A stretch of 64,000 nt of DNA, from NCBI RefSeq assembly GCF_006345805.1, contig NC_043017.1, forward strand, positions 3,224,001 through 3,288,000, written 5' to 3'. Under the pieces are notes generated by a model that saw only the letters and a program-made list of their open reading frames with translations, did not search any database and was not told the DNA's origin. This document shows, one piece after another, positions 35,996 to 51,073 of the stretch (positions are counted from its first letter, which is position 1; each line of letters opens with the position of its first letter). This DNA is from Octopus sinensis (Eukaryota). Made by a program: the position numbers and the translations under genes.

Positions 35996-36114
35996 GCAAC
36001 GTGAAATAATGTGTCTTACTCAAGAACACAACACGCACCCCAGTCCGGGAATCGAACTCATTGCTTCATGATTATAAGCCTGACGCTCTAACCACTGTGT
36101 CATGTGCCTTCACT

Positions 36115-36850
36115 CTGTTTTCAGATGCCATCGGAATCAACTTTGATTGTTTCGTTTCTGCACGTCCTCTACACTCTGTATTGAGGCTTCCTGACTCGAC
36201 AAAATAAAATATGTATGAGTCTGCGCTTCCCTGTCTCGGAAGTACGTACGGAGAAAAATCCTGGGAGGCCATTCACAATATTCACCGCAAATTTTTCTCT
36301 CTTTCCGTCTCCCTCTTTCTCCCCCCCCCCACCTCATCTTATTTTTTTTAACTTCTCCAATCCCTCGTTCCGAGTGTGATCTCTTAGTGAGATTCCCAAC
36401 ATCGACCTTCCCATAGCTCTCTCTGCCACAAGCAGATGTTATTCTCTCTTCGTCAAAGCCCAAGTCTCACGTGCATATGGCATTGCGGGTAAGACTGTGC
36501 TGTTGAAGAGATTGAAACGAGTTGCCTTGCCTAGGTTCGCCTTCAGCACATCCTTCACATAGCTGAATTCTCTCCATCCTGCTCTTACCCTTTGCGAGGT
36601 CTCATGCCCCATCTCTCGCCTCATTGTCACTTCTTGACCGAGATAAACATAGCTGCTCACCACTTCTATTTCATCGCTCTGGCTGTTAGGCGACCGATTG
36701 GTGCGCCCTCAGACCGTATGAACTTGGTTTTCGAACGGTTGATCTTCAGGCCGACTGCCAAACCACTGAAATCCAGTTTTCCCAGTATGGTCTGCAGTTG
36801 ATCGGTGCTCTCCGCTATCAGCGCTATGTTGTCAGCGAATCTTAGACTGG
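36115..36850 (-). pseudogene. RTE-clade LINE reverse transcriptase, 3' fragment
   Basis: Minus strand LRFADNIALIAES...GLKINRSKTK, YVYLGQEVT, FNSTVLPAMPYARETWALTK; frameshifted. Confidence 0.85.
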
Positions 36851-37140
36851 TTCACACCACAAGATATTATAACAAACCACAATTTATTTTATTACACGTT
36901 ATGACATATTCTTACACACCCAAACTATCACGTGCATTACAAAATGAGTATATCATGTTCAAATGAGTATATCATGCTGGCATCAGGGCAGACATGACAG
37001 CAAGGTTAAAAGTTTATCTTCACAATCCTGTTCGTGATTTCATTACAGCTTGGGCAAGTCTCAAGTTGCCTGTCTTGCGAGTGAAATTTGATAGGGTCTA
37101 TCAATGCAGAAGCCCACCATAGGCAAAAATATGTCTCTGT

Positions 37141-37895
37141 GTGTATATACTTATATATGTGACAGCGGAGGACATGCCTGGGATTGAAAGAAATGAAGCC
37201 AGTTTGCTTCGCTGGATGTGCAATGTCAGTGTGCATGTTCGACAGATTGTAAGCATCTTGAGAGAAAAGTTGGGCATAAAAGGCATCGGATGTGGTGTGC
37301 AAGAGAGACAACTGCACTGGTATGGTCATGTGATGCGTATGGACGAGGACAGCTGTGTAAAGAAGTGCCGATCTCTAACTGTGGAGGGAACTTGTGGAGC
37401 AGGTTGACTCAGGAAGACATGAGACGAGGTGGTGAAGCATAATCTTCGAACTTTGGGCCCCAGGGAGGCAATGACTAGGGACCGAAACCTTCGGTGAAAT
37501 ACTGTACTTTAGAAGACCTGTCAAGCCAAGTGAAATCGTAGGCGTGGCTGATGCTCATGTCATGTAACCAGCATCCGTGCAGGTGACACGTAAAAAGCAC
37601 CTTTTGAGCAAAATGGCTGATGCCGGTGGCACGTGAAAAGGTCCTTTCAAATGTTGGGCCTCACGAAGTCAATGACCGACACCTTTGGCACTGACCCCCC
37701 CCCCCATCAAGCCGAGTAAAATCGCAGTCGTGGCAGATACTGGTGTAACGCAAATGGCGCCCGTGCTGGTGGCACGTAAAAGCTCGTAAAAGCACTCTTG
37801 GAGTGGTTAGCGTTGGGAAGGGCATCCAGCCGTAGAAAATCATCCCAAATCGGACTGGAGTCTGCTGCAGCCTTCCAACTTAGGATCCCTGGTCA
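37141..37895 (+). pseudogene. RTE-clade LINE 3' end with 3' UTR
   Basis: ORF 37141-37407 has ERNEASLLRWMCNVSV...LHWYGHVMRMDEDSCVKKC; UTR GGAAGGGCATCCAGCCGTAGAAA is shared with the 46271-46440 copy. Confidence 0.85.
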
Positions 37896-37992
37896 AACAG
37901 ACAGACAAACGAATAGATAAATAGACAGATAGACAAACGGGCCGACAGACAGAAAGACAGACAGACAGACAGATAAATAGATAGATAGATAA

Positions 37993-38046
<54 letters not shown>

Positions 38047-38072
38047 TTAAGTAAATAGATATAAATATGTAT

Positions 38073-38151
<79 letters not shown>

Positions 38152-38246
38152 GTGTGTATGTACGTATGTGCGTCTATGTATATGAATGCACATATGCATA
38201 TATTTATAAACACGTATGCGCGCGCACACACACACGCACACATACA

Positions 38247-38280
<34 letters not shown>
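37895..38280. repeat. (CAGA)/(GATA)/(TA)/(CA)/(TG) microsatellite complex
   Basis: Seen directly. Confidence 0.9.
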
Positions 38281-38284
<4 letters not shown>

Positions 38285-38975
38285 CAAACTGTAGTTATTA
38301 ACGCTGCTCTATTAAACCAATAACCTTTTAAAAATTCTGCCTCTCTTCCAAACTGTGCATCCGATACAATAACCTAAGAGAAATTTGCACATTATTACCA
38401 TCATCTCTGCATCCGAATAAATGAAATATAGAAGGCAAACTAGTTTCCTTTCTAGGGTAATGCCTCAAATCCGAGTAAATGGTCTGACTTCTGCGTCACC
38501 AAATTCTCTTCATTATACAACTTTTGTTTTATTTCTTTCTCTTCTTGGTTATATAAACGATAAGCGCTGTTTTTCTTTCCTCTCTTTTAATTACATAATC
38601 ATTGTGGGTTTTTTCCCCTCCTTCTTTGCGTCATATTATTGTTTAACAGCTTATTTGTGTTGAAACAGGCGTTAGAAAAACCATTCTCATATCCCGTGTT
38701 ACATATTTCCTCTCTTTGCATGGAAATGGCGGCCATATTTCATGATTGACGAGGTCTACGAAATGTTTAATTAGCTCAAAGCAGAAGTGAGTGATGTAGA
38801 TGCAGTTTCGATCCTAGTGAGCAGATTGCAAATGTCCAAAAGTGTTGGACTCCTGTCTTCGCATGTACCTCTCCAGCCACGACCTCTACTGTTTCTCTTG
38901 ACCGAAGAGTTTCTTGCCACTTTTTATTACAGGTACGCTTCTCTCATCAGACTCACCTTTATCCCCTTCTTCGCA

Positions 38976-39395
38976 GCATCGTCATAATCATTATCGTCAT
39001 CGTCGGCATCGTCACCATCATCATCATCGTTATCATCGTTATCATCATCATCATTAAAATCGTCATTGTCGTCGTCATCATCATCATCATTATCATCATC
39101 GTCATTGTCATCACCATTATTGTCATCATCATCATCACTATTATTACCTTCATCATCGTTATTGTCATCATCATCATCATCATCATCATCATCGTCATCA
39201 TTATCATCATCATCATCGTTATCATCATCGTTATCATCGTCATCGTCATTATCATCATCATTATTGTTACCATCATCATCATCATCAATATCAACATCAT
39301 CATCATCATCTTCATTGTCATCATCATTATCCTCGTCGTCGTCGTCGTCATCATCATCTTCATAATCACCGTAATCATCATCATCATCATCATCT
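38976..39395. repeat. Degenerate (CAT)n trinucleotide tract
   Basis: Seen directly; gives poly-Asp, poly-Met and poly-Ser ORFs. Confidence 0.95.
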
Positions 39396-39399
39396 TCAA

Positions 39400-39995
39400 C
39401 ATTATCAGAGGGCCTCATACCAGCCAGGACTGTCTAGGAGCAAGAATACACCTCTTGTAGATCCATGTAATGTCCTATTGTCTCCCTTGCACATAGCTTG
39501 GCCTGATGAAACAGTTTGTAAAGACACTAGGGAAGAGAAATGCCAGAAGGTTTGAGTATATTGTAGAAAAGTTTCCCAAAATCACACAGACGTTGAAAGA
39601 GGGTATCTTTATCAGACTCCCAATTAGAGAAGTACTCAACGATGTCAACTTCAAGACAACATTGGATGAATTGGAACTGCCTGCCTGGAATGCTTTCAAT
39701 TGGATCTGTGAGAATTTCCTGGGCAACAAGAAGGCAATGGACTACAAGGATGGTATCAAGAATCTTCTGAAATGTTACTCAGCAATGGGTTGTCGCATGT
39801 CACTGAACGTTCCCTTCTTTGACTCCCATCTGGAATTCTTCGCAGATAACCTTGGAGCAGTGTCTGATGAACATGGTGAAAGATTTCACCAGGACATTAG
39901 CGCTACGGGGAAATGGTGCCAAGGCTTCTGGAATGACAATATGCTGGTTGACTACTGCTGGACACTTTACCATGATCAACCAGATCAGGAACACT
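39400..39995 (+). pseudogene. DNA transposase C-terminal fragment, probably CMC/Chapaev-type
   Basis: PLHI.LGLMKQFVK...FLGNKKA...GCRMSL...LGAVSDEHGERFHQDI...DYCWTL. Superfamily assigned from memory. Confidence 0.75.
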
Positions 39996-40374
39996 TGCAG
40001 AAAATCCAAATCCTAATAATTTCAACCTACGATGAAAGTAAACAAAGTTTACTTAAGAAGTGTCGAGATGTATTGAAAGACATAGAAATAATTTCTTCTC
40101 AAACGCATGATAATGCTAATACAATAGCATGAACAGGAAAAACTATCCTTATATTGCAGAAAAATGGTTATGGGGGTCCACCAGAATGAAACAGTAATAA
40201 AAGGGGCCCATAGATAAAAAAATGCTTGAGAACCCCAGCTTAATATAGTAATAGAGCAAGGAACAACATACAGACTCCCTAATTGGCTCATTACCAGATA
40301 TGTCCTTCATCTTTGTTCTCTTCTTCTACATCTATTGTTGTTGTTGTTATTGTCATCGTCATCATTATCATCAT

Positions 40375-40885
<511 letters not shown>

Positions 40886-41213
40886 TCTTCTACTTCTACT
40901 TCTTCTACTTCCTCTTTTTCACATTTATTTCCTCCTCATCATCATCAACCTTATAATCATCTCTCTCCTCTTTTTCCTTCTCCTTCTTCAGCCAACACCC
41001 AAAACAACAATTACCAACGAAATCAAATCTGTACTTACCAATATATAACGATGCCTACACACCAAAGAATTAACCGATTTAAATATGATATATATATATA
41101 TATTTATGCAAATGGTTTTGTTATGCAGCTCCAGGTTTTACAATCCTATACATAATAATAATGGTACTTATATAAGCTTTAGGCTCACATAAATACCAAT
41201 ACATATATAAATA

Positions 41214-41800
<587 letters not shown>

Positions 41801-42883
41801 TACCGACTAAAGGCGGTGCTCCAGCATGGCCACAGTCAAATGACTGAAACAAGTAAAAGAATAAAAGGGTAAAAGAGATGTTTTTTTTCATAGCACCATC
41901 ACCAGTGCTTCTGACATGGCACCAGCATCAGACCCTTTTACGTGGCTCTGGCACCAGTACATTTTGTGTAGCACCAGCACCAACAGGGTTACCAAGTACC
42001 CTGTCAGATAAAAACCTCAAATACAAAATGTATCTCCTGAATAAGGAGAGTTCCAGTCCAAAACTGATATAGAAATATTCAGCTTAATATTGTTGCCTTC
42101 ATTTGAGAGAGCCTTAAGTATTCATTTCATTGTTTATTTTTGTTTTCAGCCTCATCAGTCCTGATCAAGTAAATGTATGTTCAAAGACATTCTAGCCATG
42201 ACCATCCCTTAATTTGATGAACATTGAGAACAACATTATATATCATTATATATACTGTGTGTGAAGTGAACCCAGGTTATGCTGCTGTTTCTAGCAGATT
42301 GAGCAAACATGAAGAGGCTCACTCGCTGACTCAGGCTGCACCTAAAACTTGAAAGTTTTTTTTTTCTGCGAAACATAGGCGAGGCGAGGGAGAGAGAGGG
42401 AGGGAGATTAGAGGATAAGCACATGATAGAGAATATCAGTGAAGATTATTGACATTTAGAGACAAACAACATAAAGCTACGCAAACATTGTTGGTTTAAG
42501 GTTGCCGAGAACTGGTTAGAATGAACAATGTAATGTCATATTAGCAACATAAGAATCAATAGAAGATATTTGCAGATATCGTACTCCCTTGGCCAGGTTG
42601 ACTTTAGTTAATTAGCCAACAGATCACGTGATGTGTCGAAATATTACCACTGAAGATATCCTAGCGTAGGATGACATGGTCGTGACTGAAATTCATGTGA
42701 TCGGAGGTCAAAGATCTGACCTAGGCCTAAATATAGCAATGGGTGAAAAGTAGGCATACAGTTGCTTAGTACGAGTGGAATGTTCTTTTCATTTCTCTAC
42801 GCAGACTTTTGTGGATTTTCTAAAGACTCTAATTGTATAAAAAATTTTCCACCATAAATTCCACACTATCATCCAAAATATAT

Positions 42884-43298
42884 TTACTCTTTACTCTTTT
42901 ACTTGTTTCGGTCATTAGACTGCAGCCATGCTGGAGCACTACCTTTAGTCGAGCAAATCGATCCCAGGACTTATTCTTTGGAAGCCTAGTACTTATTCTA
43001 TCGGTCTCTTTTGCCGAACTGCTAAGTTACGGAGACGCAAACACACCAGCATTGCTTGTCAAGCGATGTTGGGGGACAAACAGAGACACACAAACAGATA
43101 CACACACACATACATATACATATATATACATATATACGACGGGCTTCTTTCAATTTCCGTCTACCAAATCCACTGACAAGGCTTTGGTCGGCCCAAGGCT
43201 ATAGTAGAAGACACTTGCCCAAGGTGCCACGCAGTGGGACTGAATCCAGAACCATGTGGTTGGTAAGCAAGCTACATACCACACAGCCACTCCTGCGC
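42884..43298 (-). mobile_element. SINE family A
   Basis: Full-length reverse copy. Confidence 0.9.
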
Positions 43299-43950
43299 AT
43301 TCAACAATTTGTAGAAAATTTTACCGGAAAATATCCCCTTTCCTGGAAGATATGAGGAAATAAAGTCAAGGGCCTACTTGCGTAGGTGTGCCTATGGAAG
43401 GAACACTCCACTGGTATTAAGTAAGTATATGTCTACTAGCTGGCCCCGTGCTGTCGAAAATGGCGGCTAATTGTGGTGTTTTATATATGAATAAGGACAA
43501 AAGATAGAATATGGATGGTAAATCAAATTAATACACTTGTCAATGCTATCTTGTGGTTGTCTTTTGGGATGTGACATCGATCATCGTTTGTTACTGAAAG
43601 AACGCAGGTTCACATACTTCCCACATACATGGAGTAAGAACAGCATGTCCGTTGTCTATCTCCTTAACTTCTTGAAGATTCAAGGTATAATTATACTAAT
43701 GTGTCCATCTGTTCTAATTTGATTCAATTCTATGTCTTTGTGCAGCTGAAGATTGCTCTGCGTTTTAAACTGATGTAATGATTGCATTGTTCAGTTAAAT
43801 GGAGTTGTATGAAACGATCGTACTCCATTAACTCTGGATATCCTTGTTGCTTATTTTGATTTTAATCATCTTACTTTGAAATTGTATGTATAATACCATA
43901 CTAAATTCTGGTGTCTCAACTTAAGTACCATATTCATCTGAATATATATA

Positions 43951-43999
<49 letters not shown>

Positions 44000-44005
<6 letters not shown>

Positions 44006-44195
44006 ATCCAAACAAGAAAGCACAAAAAACACAACAACGCGAGGACGTGGAACAAATATAGTATTATTGGACGCTCAGGAAAGAAGGGGGGTTTAACGTT
44101 TCGAGCGGAGCTCTTCGTTGGAAACATAGGAGAAGGAAAGATCCAGAGAAGGGAAGACAGAGGAAAGAAAATTGCCAACTGTACACACGAGGTCA
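44000..44195 (-). mobile_element. Short (TA)n-flanked repeat with degenerate hammerhead-like motif
   Basis: Minus strand TTT-CCAACGA-A-GAGC TCC GCTC-GAAACGTT-AAA; both ends in (TA)n. Confidence 0.5.
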
Positions 44196-44480
44196 CACAT
44201 ATATATATATATATATATATAGGAATTTTTTGTGTAATGAGATAAAAAAACCAAGGCTGTGTAGATATTAGAACATTTATAAATAGGTCTACACACCCTT
44301 GGTTTTTTATCTCATTATGCAAAAAATTCTTATAATCACATGCTGACATAGAACCAAAGTTGAACCCCTTATTCAAAAAATTACTCAACCTGGAACTTAA
44401 CTTTGGTCCGTCTATAGCATTTATTCAGCATTACCTGACACCTTTGGGTCTCAATGACACCATTACCTCTTATAACCTCA

Positions 44481-44595
<115 letters not shown>

Positions 44596-44905
44596 TGCTA
44601 TATATAAATTTTTATTCATTTACTTAGAGGAAGCAATAAATTTCAAGACTGTGCGACTTTTGTTTGAGTGAAAAATTGAGAACTTTGACTCAAAGCAGTA
44701 ACAGTTTGAACAAAAGAACTGAATTGTTAGCACCTTGTATGCATATGGCTAAATACCTTTGATGTAAATACAAGCAGTCTTGAATTTCATTCCAGTTCAG
44801 GAAAAAGACATTTGTTTTGAAACATTGATTAATAGGTTATATTGATATATGTTCTAACATGTGTGGGTGAGTGTATATGAGTATGTATGTGTGTGCATAT
44901 GTGTA

Positions 44906-45019
44906 TAGAGGTGGTCCAAAAGTAGGTTTACAGTTATTCAGTTATCTCTTTCGCATTCATATATTTACAGTTTAGACCTTAATTATAAAAAAAATATGAA
45001 ACCATTATTCTACGCTAAT

Positions 45020-45050
<31 letters not shown>

Positions 45051-45764
45051 ATTTTTTGGCTCAAAAAGCAAAAAGCAAGGCCATGTAGGGGGACATGGAG
45101 TTATGTACAGGGTGGTGTTCATGTAAAGAGTTCAGGCCACTTGTGGTCAAGGGAGACTTTGAACCGAGCGGTCGTCGGCATCTTCACTATCTCGTCCGGC
45201 AGCTTATTCCACGGATCCGCAACCCGGACAGAGAAAGCCCCTCTCCTTCGATTGAGATGAAATCGTCGCAGATAGAGCTTTTCGGAATGACCCCGCAGCC
45301 GACGCTCTTGAGCAGGAGTGAAGAACAGCTCTTTCGAGAGGTTACACTTTCCGCTTATGATGTTGTGAGCAAGAATGAGATCACCACGGCGTCGTCGTTT
45401 TTCTAGAGAATAAAGGTCGAGCGTCTTCAGCCTTTCTTCATAAGACAAATTCTTGAGACCAAGAACCATGCGGGTAGCCAGCTTCTGGACTCTTTCGAGA
45501 TGCTGTAGTCTTTGAGGAGATAAGGAGAAGAGGCTTGAATCCCGTACTCCAATATGGGTCTCATCAGCGTGACATAGAGCGGTAGGAATATGGCTGCTGT
45601 GAGCATTCCGAATGACCGTCGAATCAAGAACAGAACTCCGCGTGCTTTGTTGGCAGCATGGAAGCTCTCTTTTCAGCTTGTAAGATAGAAATTTAAATAA
45701 AATGTTTTAAAAGAAATTTAAAGTGCCCACGTGGTAACTGTAAACCTACTTTGGGGCCACCCTG
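44906..45764. mobile_element. Tc1/mariner-type MITE hosting a CR1 insertion
   Basis: Imperfect TIRs GGTGGTCCAAAAGTAGGTTTACAG and CTGTAAACCTACTTTGGGGCCACCCTG, next to TA. Confidence 0.65.
45013..45662 (-). pseudogene. CR1-clade LINE, 5'-truncated 3' end
   Basis: LYVTLMRPILEYG, LSYEERLKTLDLYSLEKRRRRGDLI, FSVRVADPWNKLP; (ACTA)n tail. Confidence 0.92.
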
Positions 45765-46270
45765 TATGTCCTTTACCTTTTATTTGTTTCAGTCATTTTA
45801 CTGTGGCCATGCTGGGGTATGGCCTTGAAGGGTTTTAGTTGAACAAAGTTCCTTTCCCAATTTCTATGGCATATGAATTTCCCACCTGGAATTTGTTGGC
45901 ATTGGGTTACAGTTGAGGTTGCATGACCAACATGAGTAGGCTGTGGTCTGTAGGTCTGCAGAAAGGATTCAAAATACCCTGTCCTTCTTTGTGGGGCAGC
46001 CTAGCCTAGTTTTCTGCTGCCAGAGAATTGAAGTTCATTAAAAGGGGAGACCTCTGATGCTAACATAAACATATACACATATATTTAAATAATTATAAAT
46101 TAGTAAATAGATAAATAAATATGTATACACACATATCTGTACATTGTATATAGATATATATGTATATGTATGTATTTATGTATGTATGTATGTATGTATG
46201 TTTGTATGTATGTATGTATGTATGTATGTATGTATGTATGTATGTATGTATGCATGTATATACACACATA

Positions 46271-46440
46271 TATCATCATCATCATCATCATCATTTAACG
46301 TCCGCTTTCCATGCTAGCATGGGTTGGACGGTTCAACTGGGGTCTGTGAAGCCAGAAGGCTGCATCAGGCTCAGTCTGATCTGGCAGTGTTTCTACGGCT
46401 GGATGCCCTTCCTAACGCCAACCACTCCGTGGGTGTAGTG
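46271..46440 (-). mobile_element. RTE LINE/SINE 3' end with (GAT)n tail
   Basis: CATCATCATTTAACGTCCGCTTTCCATGC...CTACGGCTGGATGCCCTTCC. Confidence 0.8.
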
Positions 46441-47175
46441 GGGCTGTATATATATATATATATTATAGATATATATATATATATATATATGTGTTGTGTA
46501 TATATGGTGGGGGAGGAGAAAAAGGTTTAGTTCGTAGAGTGTGGGGGGGGAAACTTTTTTTGTTTCTTTTTGTAACGTGGTTGGATGCAATTAGATGGAA
46601 TTTAAGCTGTTATTTCTAGCAGATTCAATGTCCGCGTACAATTTCATTAATTGGTTCATAAATGTGAGAACACCCACCACCTCCACCACCGCCACCGCCA
46701 CCACCACCACCACCACCTCCACCACCGCCACCACCACCACCACCACCTCCCTTCCCCTATTGTTAATTCTAAGGTAACAATAAGAGAAAGTCCAGGGTCA
46801 CAGTGTAATTCCAATGTCCCACTGTCTACTAGAATTAAAAACCAGATCAAGTTTGATATGATGAGATGATAAACTGATCTTATCAGACAAAGACCCACTT
46901 TCTCTATCAGTTGTGCAGACAGATTATTTATCTGTAAATCGATAGCAGAGTAAAGATAAACTGGTGTGGTCGTTTGACTTGGTGCATGAACAATTATACA
47001 ATTACACGTGTTAAAAGTATCATTTTTGCCTATAAATTTATACAATTCCTTCAATAATTTTACTTGCAGAACCCATGGAAATTCTAGTGTTGATACAAAA
47101 ATTTTTTAGACGGTTGTAAGTTTATACAAAGCCATAAAAATTAGTGTTCCTTTATAAACTGTATATTCTGCAGTC

Positions 47176-47508
47176 TCTCTTTTACTCTTTTACTTGTTTC
47201 GGTCATTTGACTGCGACCATGCTGGAGCACTGCATTTAGTCGAGCAAATCGACCCCGGGACTTATTCTTTGTAAGCCCAGTACTTATTCTATCAGTCTCT
47301 TTTGCCGAACCGCTAAGTGACGGGGACGTAAACACACCAGCATCGGTTGTCAAGCAATGCTAGGGAGACAAACACAGACACACAAACATATACACACACA
47401 CTTATATATATATACATATATACGACAGGCTTTTTCAGTTTCCGTCTACCCCCAAATCACTCACAAGGCATTGGTGGCCGGGACAATAGCAGAAGACATT
47501 TGCCCAAG
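47176..47508 (-). mobile_element. SINE family A, head-truncated
   Basis: Reverse family A sequence; a detached head-like piece lies at 47985-48092 on the plus strand. Confidence 0.85.
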
Positions 47509-47561
<53 letters not shown>

Positions 47562-47781
47562 TTTGCATGTTTGTGTGTGCATGTGTACGTATGTGACGGC
47601 ATGTGACAGAATGTCTACATCTATAGAAACGTGTTTCTTTGATAGCAATAACACGATAGACCAAAAAACGCATTAATGAACTTCAAACCATTGAACTTCA
47701 AACTACATACTTACACTCACACACACACACGTATACATCATATATAAACATATATACATATAATATATATCTATATATGAG

Positions 47782-47885
<104 letters not shown>

Positions 47886-48092
47886 CCACACGTATACATA
47901 CATATATACATAATAAACATATATACATATATATATATCTATATGAGATTAATATATATATATATATATAGATATATATATATATGGGCAGGAGGGATTG
48001 TGTGTGGTAAGTAGCTTGTTTACCAGCCACATGGTCCGGGTTCAGTCCCACAGCATGGCACCTTGGGCAAGTGTCTTCTACTATAGCCTCGA

Positions 48093-48812
48093 GAAACTTT
48101 TAAAATGTCCAGCGATTTCAGAATCCACGAATGTGGTATGCTGTCAAAGGCTTTTTTTGTAATCAATCCATGAAGAGCTGAGATTTCTGCGCTTGTTATG
48201 GCAGTTCTCAAGGATCATGCGATTAATTAGGAGCTGATATTTGCATCCGTATGAGCCTCGTCTGCATCCTTTTTGTTCCGTGGGAAAGAGGTTATTCTCT
48301 TCCATAAACGTATATGTTTTCTCCATTAGAATAGATGTCAAAATCTTATAGGTAGTAGACAAACATGTTATAGGCCGGTAGTGTTTTTGGGTCTTTCGTT
48401 TCGTTATTTTTGGGGAGCAGATAAGTAATGCCATTTGCCATCCAATGGGGAGTTTTTTCCGGGTCTTTCATAATACTATTAAATAGTATTACTAACATTT
48501 TGTGTGCGGACGAGAGTGATGAGAGCCAGAAATTTGACACTCTGTCAATACCAGGGGATTTCCACTTATGAGCGTTCCTTAGGTCGGCGATTGAGATGTC
48601 TTCCCATACCTGTTCTTGTAGATTTTGTAGGCATCTTGGGTGCGGTTGATCCACTCTGCATTTTCATTGTATGGTTTCTCACCACTCCAGATCCCTTTCC
48701 AAAAGTTTTCAACTTCTTCCATTAGGGGGGGATTTTCAATGGTTATGTTTTCTTTCCCTATTTCCCTGTAAAATGATTTGGCATTGGATTTGAACATCTT
48801 TTATTATTATTA
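48093..48812 (-). pseudogene. R4/Dong-like non-LTR retrotransposon RT fragment
   Basis: SFYREI...VENFWKGIW, KSPGIDRVSNFWL, YRPITCLSTTYKILT, EQKGCRRGSYGCKYQLLIN, WIDYKK/AFDSIPHSWI; frameshifted. Confidence 0.85.
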
Positions 48813-48895
48813 ACCATCACTGGTCAGAGTGATGATGATGGTGATGATGATAATTATTACTGGCCTTGTGCCAAAATTAGAAACTGTAATTATTA

Positions 48896-48946
<51 letters not shown>

Positions 48947-49099
48947 CATTATCATCTTCATTATTATTATTATTAAAGCTGCTAAAACATTACTAAAATA
49001 TCACAAAAAAACTGCTCTCATTCTTCGGACAGTTGTGATCCAGAATGGAATAAGAGTTCAGGTTATACGTATAATTTATATAATGATACAATTCACATT

Positions 49100-49140
<41 letters not shown>

Positions 49141-49563
49141 CACAGAAGCACTCCCTCACAAGGATACATGCTACGCTACATATAATGTATAATATAATAA
49201 ATTTTATTTATTCATATGGATATTATCCCTTCTGATTCCCCTATGGGATATATGATACTCAAATACTAATTCTATAACACTTTTGAATTCATCTACCATA
49301 TGTTATTATATTTTTATTTTTCATACTTTATTTTGACTCGTATTGTTTTATAACTAATTAGCACTGACGACCAGAGTTGCAGTTGATCCGATCAACGAAA
49401 CAGCCTGCTTTTGAGATTAACATGCAAGTGGCTGAGCACCCGACAGAGACGTGTACTCTTAACGTAGGCCAGAAGCAGATTCAGCGTGACACAAGATGCG
49501 ACAAGGTTGGCCTATAGAAATACGTGTCCTATTCCTTTTTGCCAGCTGAGTGGATTGGTGTAA

Positions 49564-49970
49564 AGTGAAGCAGTGTTTTGCTCTAGAACATAACGCACCG
49601 CCAAGAAATGAACACATGACCTTACAACTGCGAGTTGAATACCTATTTCTTTACTACCCACAAGGGGCTAGACATAGAGGGGACAAACAAGGACAGACAA
49701 AACGGATTAAGTCGATTAACATAGACCCCAGTGCGCAACTGGTACTTAATTTATCGACCCCGAAAGGATGAAAGGCAAAGTCGATCTGGGCGGAATTTGA
49801 ACTCAGAACGTTGCGGCAGACGAAATACCGATAAGCATTTCGCCCGTCATGCTAACGTTTCTGCCAGCTCGCCGCCTTCTGCGAGTTGAATACCCTAACC
49901 ACTAAACCACGCGCCTTCATGTCTTATATTATTATATATATAATATATATATATATAGATATATATATAT

Positions 49971-50003
<33 letters not shown>

Positions 50004-50486
50004 CTATATATAATATATATATATATATATCTATATATATATATATATATATTATATCATATATATATATATATATATGTATATATATTGTTATATTTCG
50101 GAATGGTCATATTGCCAGTTTAGCCAAAAAAAAACAACGCACTATAATTTGGTGTTATTTTGCTTCAGTGATATTTATTTTTTACATTAATCTTAATCTT
50201 ATTTCGGCCAAAGTTCTTCGTCACACCTGTGACCGCATCAGTGGTCCTTGTTTTCTTCTCACTTACTTGTGTCTCTCCTTACTAACGTCAGCCATTTGTA
50301 TTTCTATTGTATGTCTTCATTTGCGCATGCTTATAATCTCTATGTGCGTCTATGTTTATTTAGTGTGGGTGGGGGGATGCCTGTAATATTTGTATCTTCT
50401 AGTTATATACATTCTGTAATTTGTATTATGTTTTTGTGTTGTTGCTTTTGTTTAATTTTGTTCGCAAGGACCATAAGGTTTTACTG
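49564..50486 (+). repeat. Sequence repeated across the scaffold gap (left copy)
   Basis: Starts AGTGAAGCAG, as does the contig after the gap at 50587. Confidence 0.9.
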
Positions 50487-50586
50487 NNNNNNNNNNNNNN
50501 NNNNNNNNNNNNNNNNNNNNNNNNNNNNNNNNNNNNNNNNNNNNNNNNNNNNNNNNNNNNNNNNNNNNNNNNNNNNNNNNNNNNNN
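50487..50586. other. Scaffold gap, 100 N
   Basis: Seen directly. Confidence 1.
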
Positions 50587-50955
50587 AGTGAAGCAGTTTT
50601 GCTCTAGAACTAACGCCACCGCCAAGAAATGAACACATGACTTACAAAACTGCGAGTGAATACCTATTTCTTTAACTACCCACAAGGGGCTAGACATAGA
50701 GGGGACAAACAAGGACAGACAAAACGGATTAAGTCGATTAACATAAGACCCCAGTGCGCAATGGTACTTATTTATCGACCCGGAAAGGATGTGAAAGGCA
50801 AAGTCGATCTGGGCGGAATTTGAACTCAGAAACGATTGTTTCGGCAGACGAAATACCGATAAGCATTTCGCCCGTCATGCTAACGTTTCTGCCAGCTCGC
50901 CGCCTTCTGCGAGTTGAATACCCTAACCACAAACCACGCGCCTTCACTGTCTTAT

Positions 50956-50988
<33 letters not shown>

Positions 50989-51020
50989 ATATATATATAT
51001 ATATATAGATATATATAAAT

Positions 51021-51073
<53 letters not shown>

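Noticed and set aside
38860-38955. Minus-strand CTGATGA...GAAA-CTCTT/AAGAG as a hammerhead
   Set aside because: No helix II and no UH cleavage triplet after the stem.
46656-47054. 132-aa minus-strand ORF
   Set aside because: About 100 non-repeat codons with no recognised homology; several such ORFs are expected by chance in 64 kb, and the end is a (CAC)n tract.
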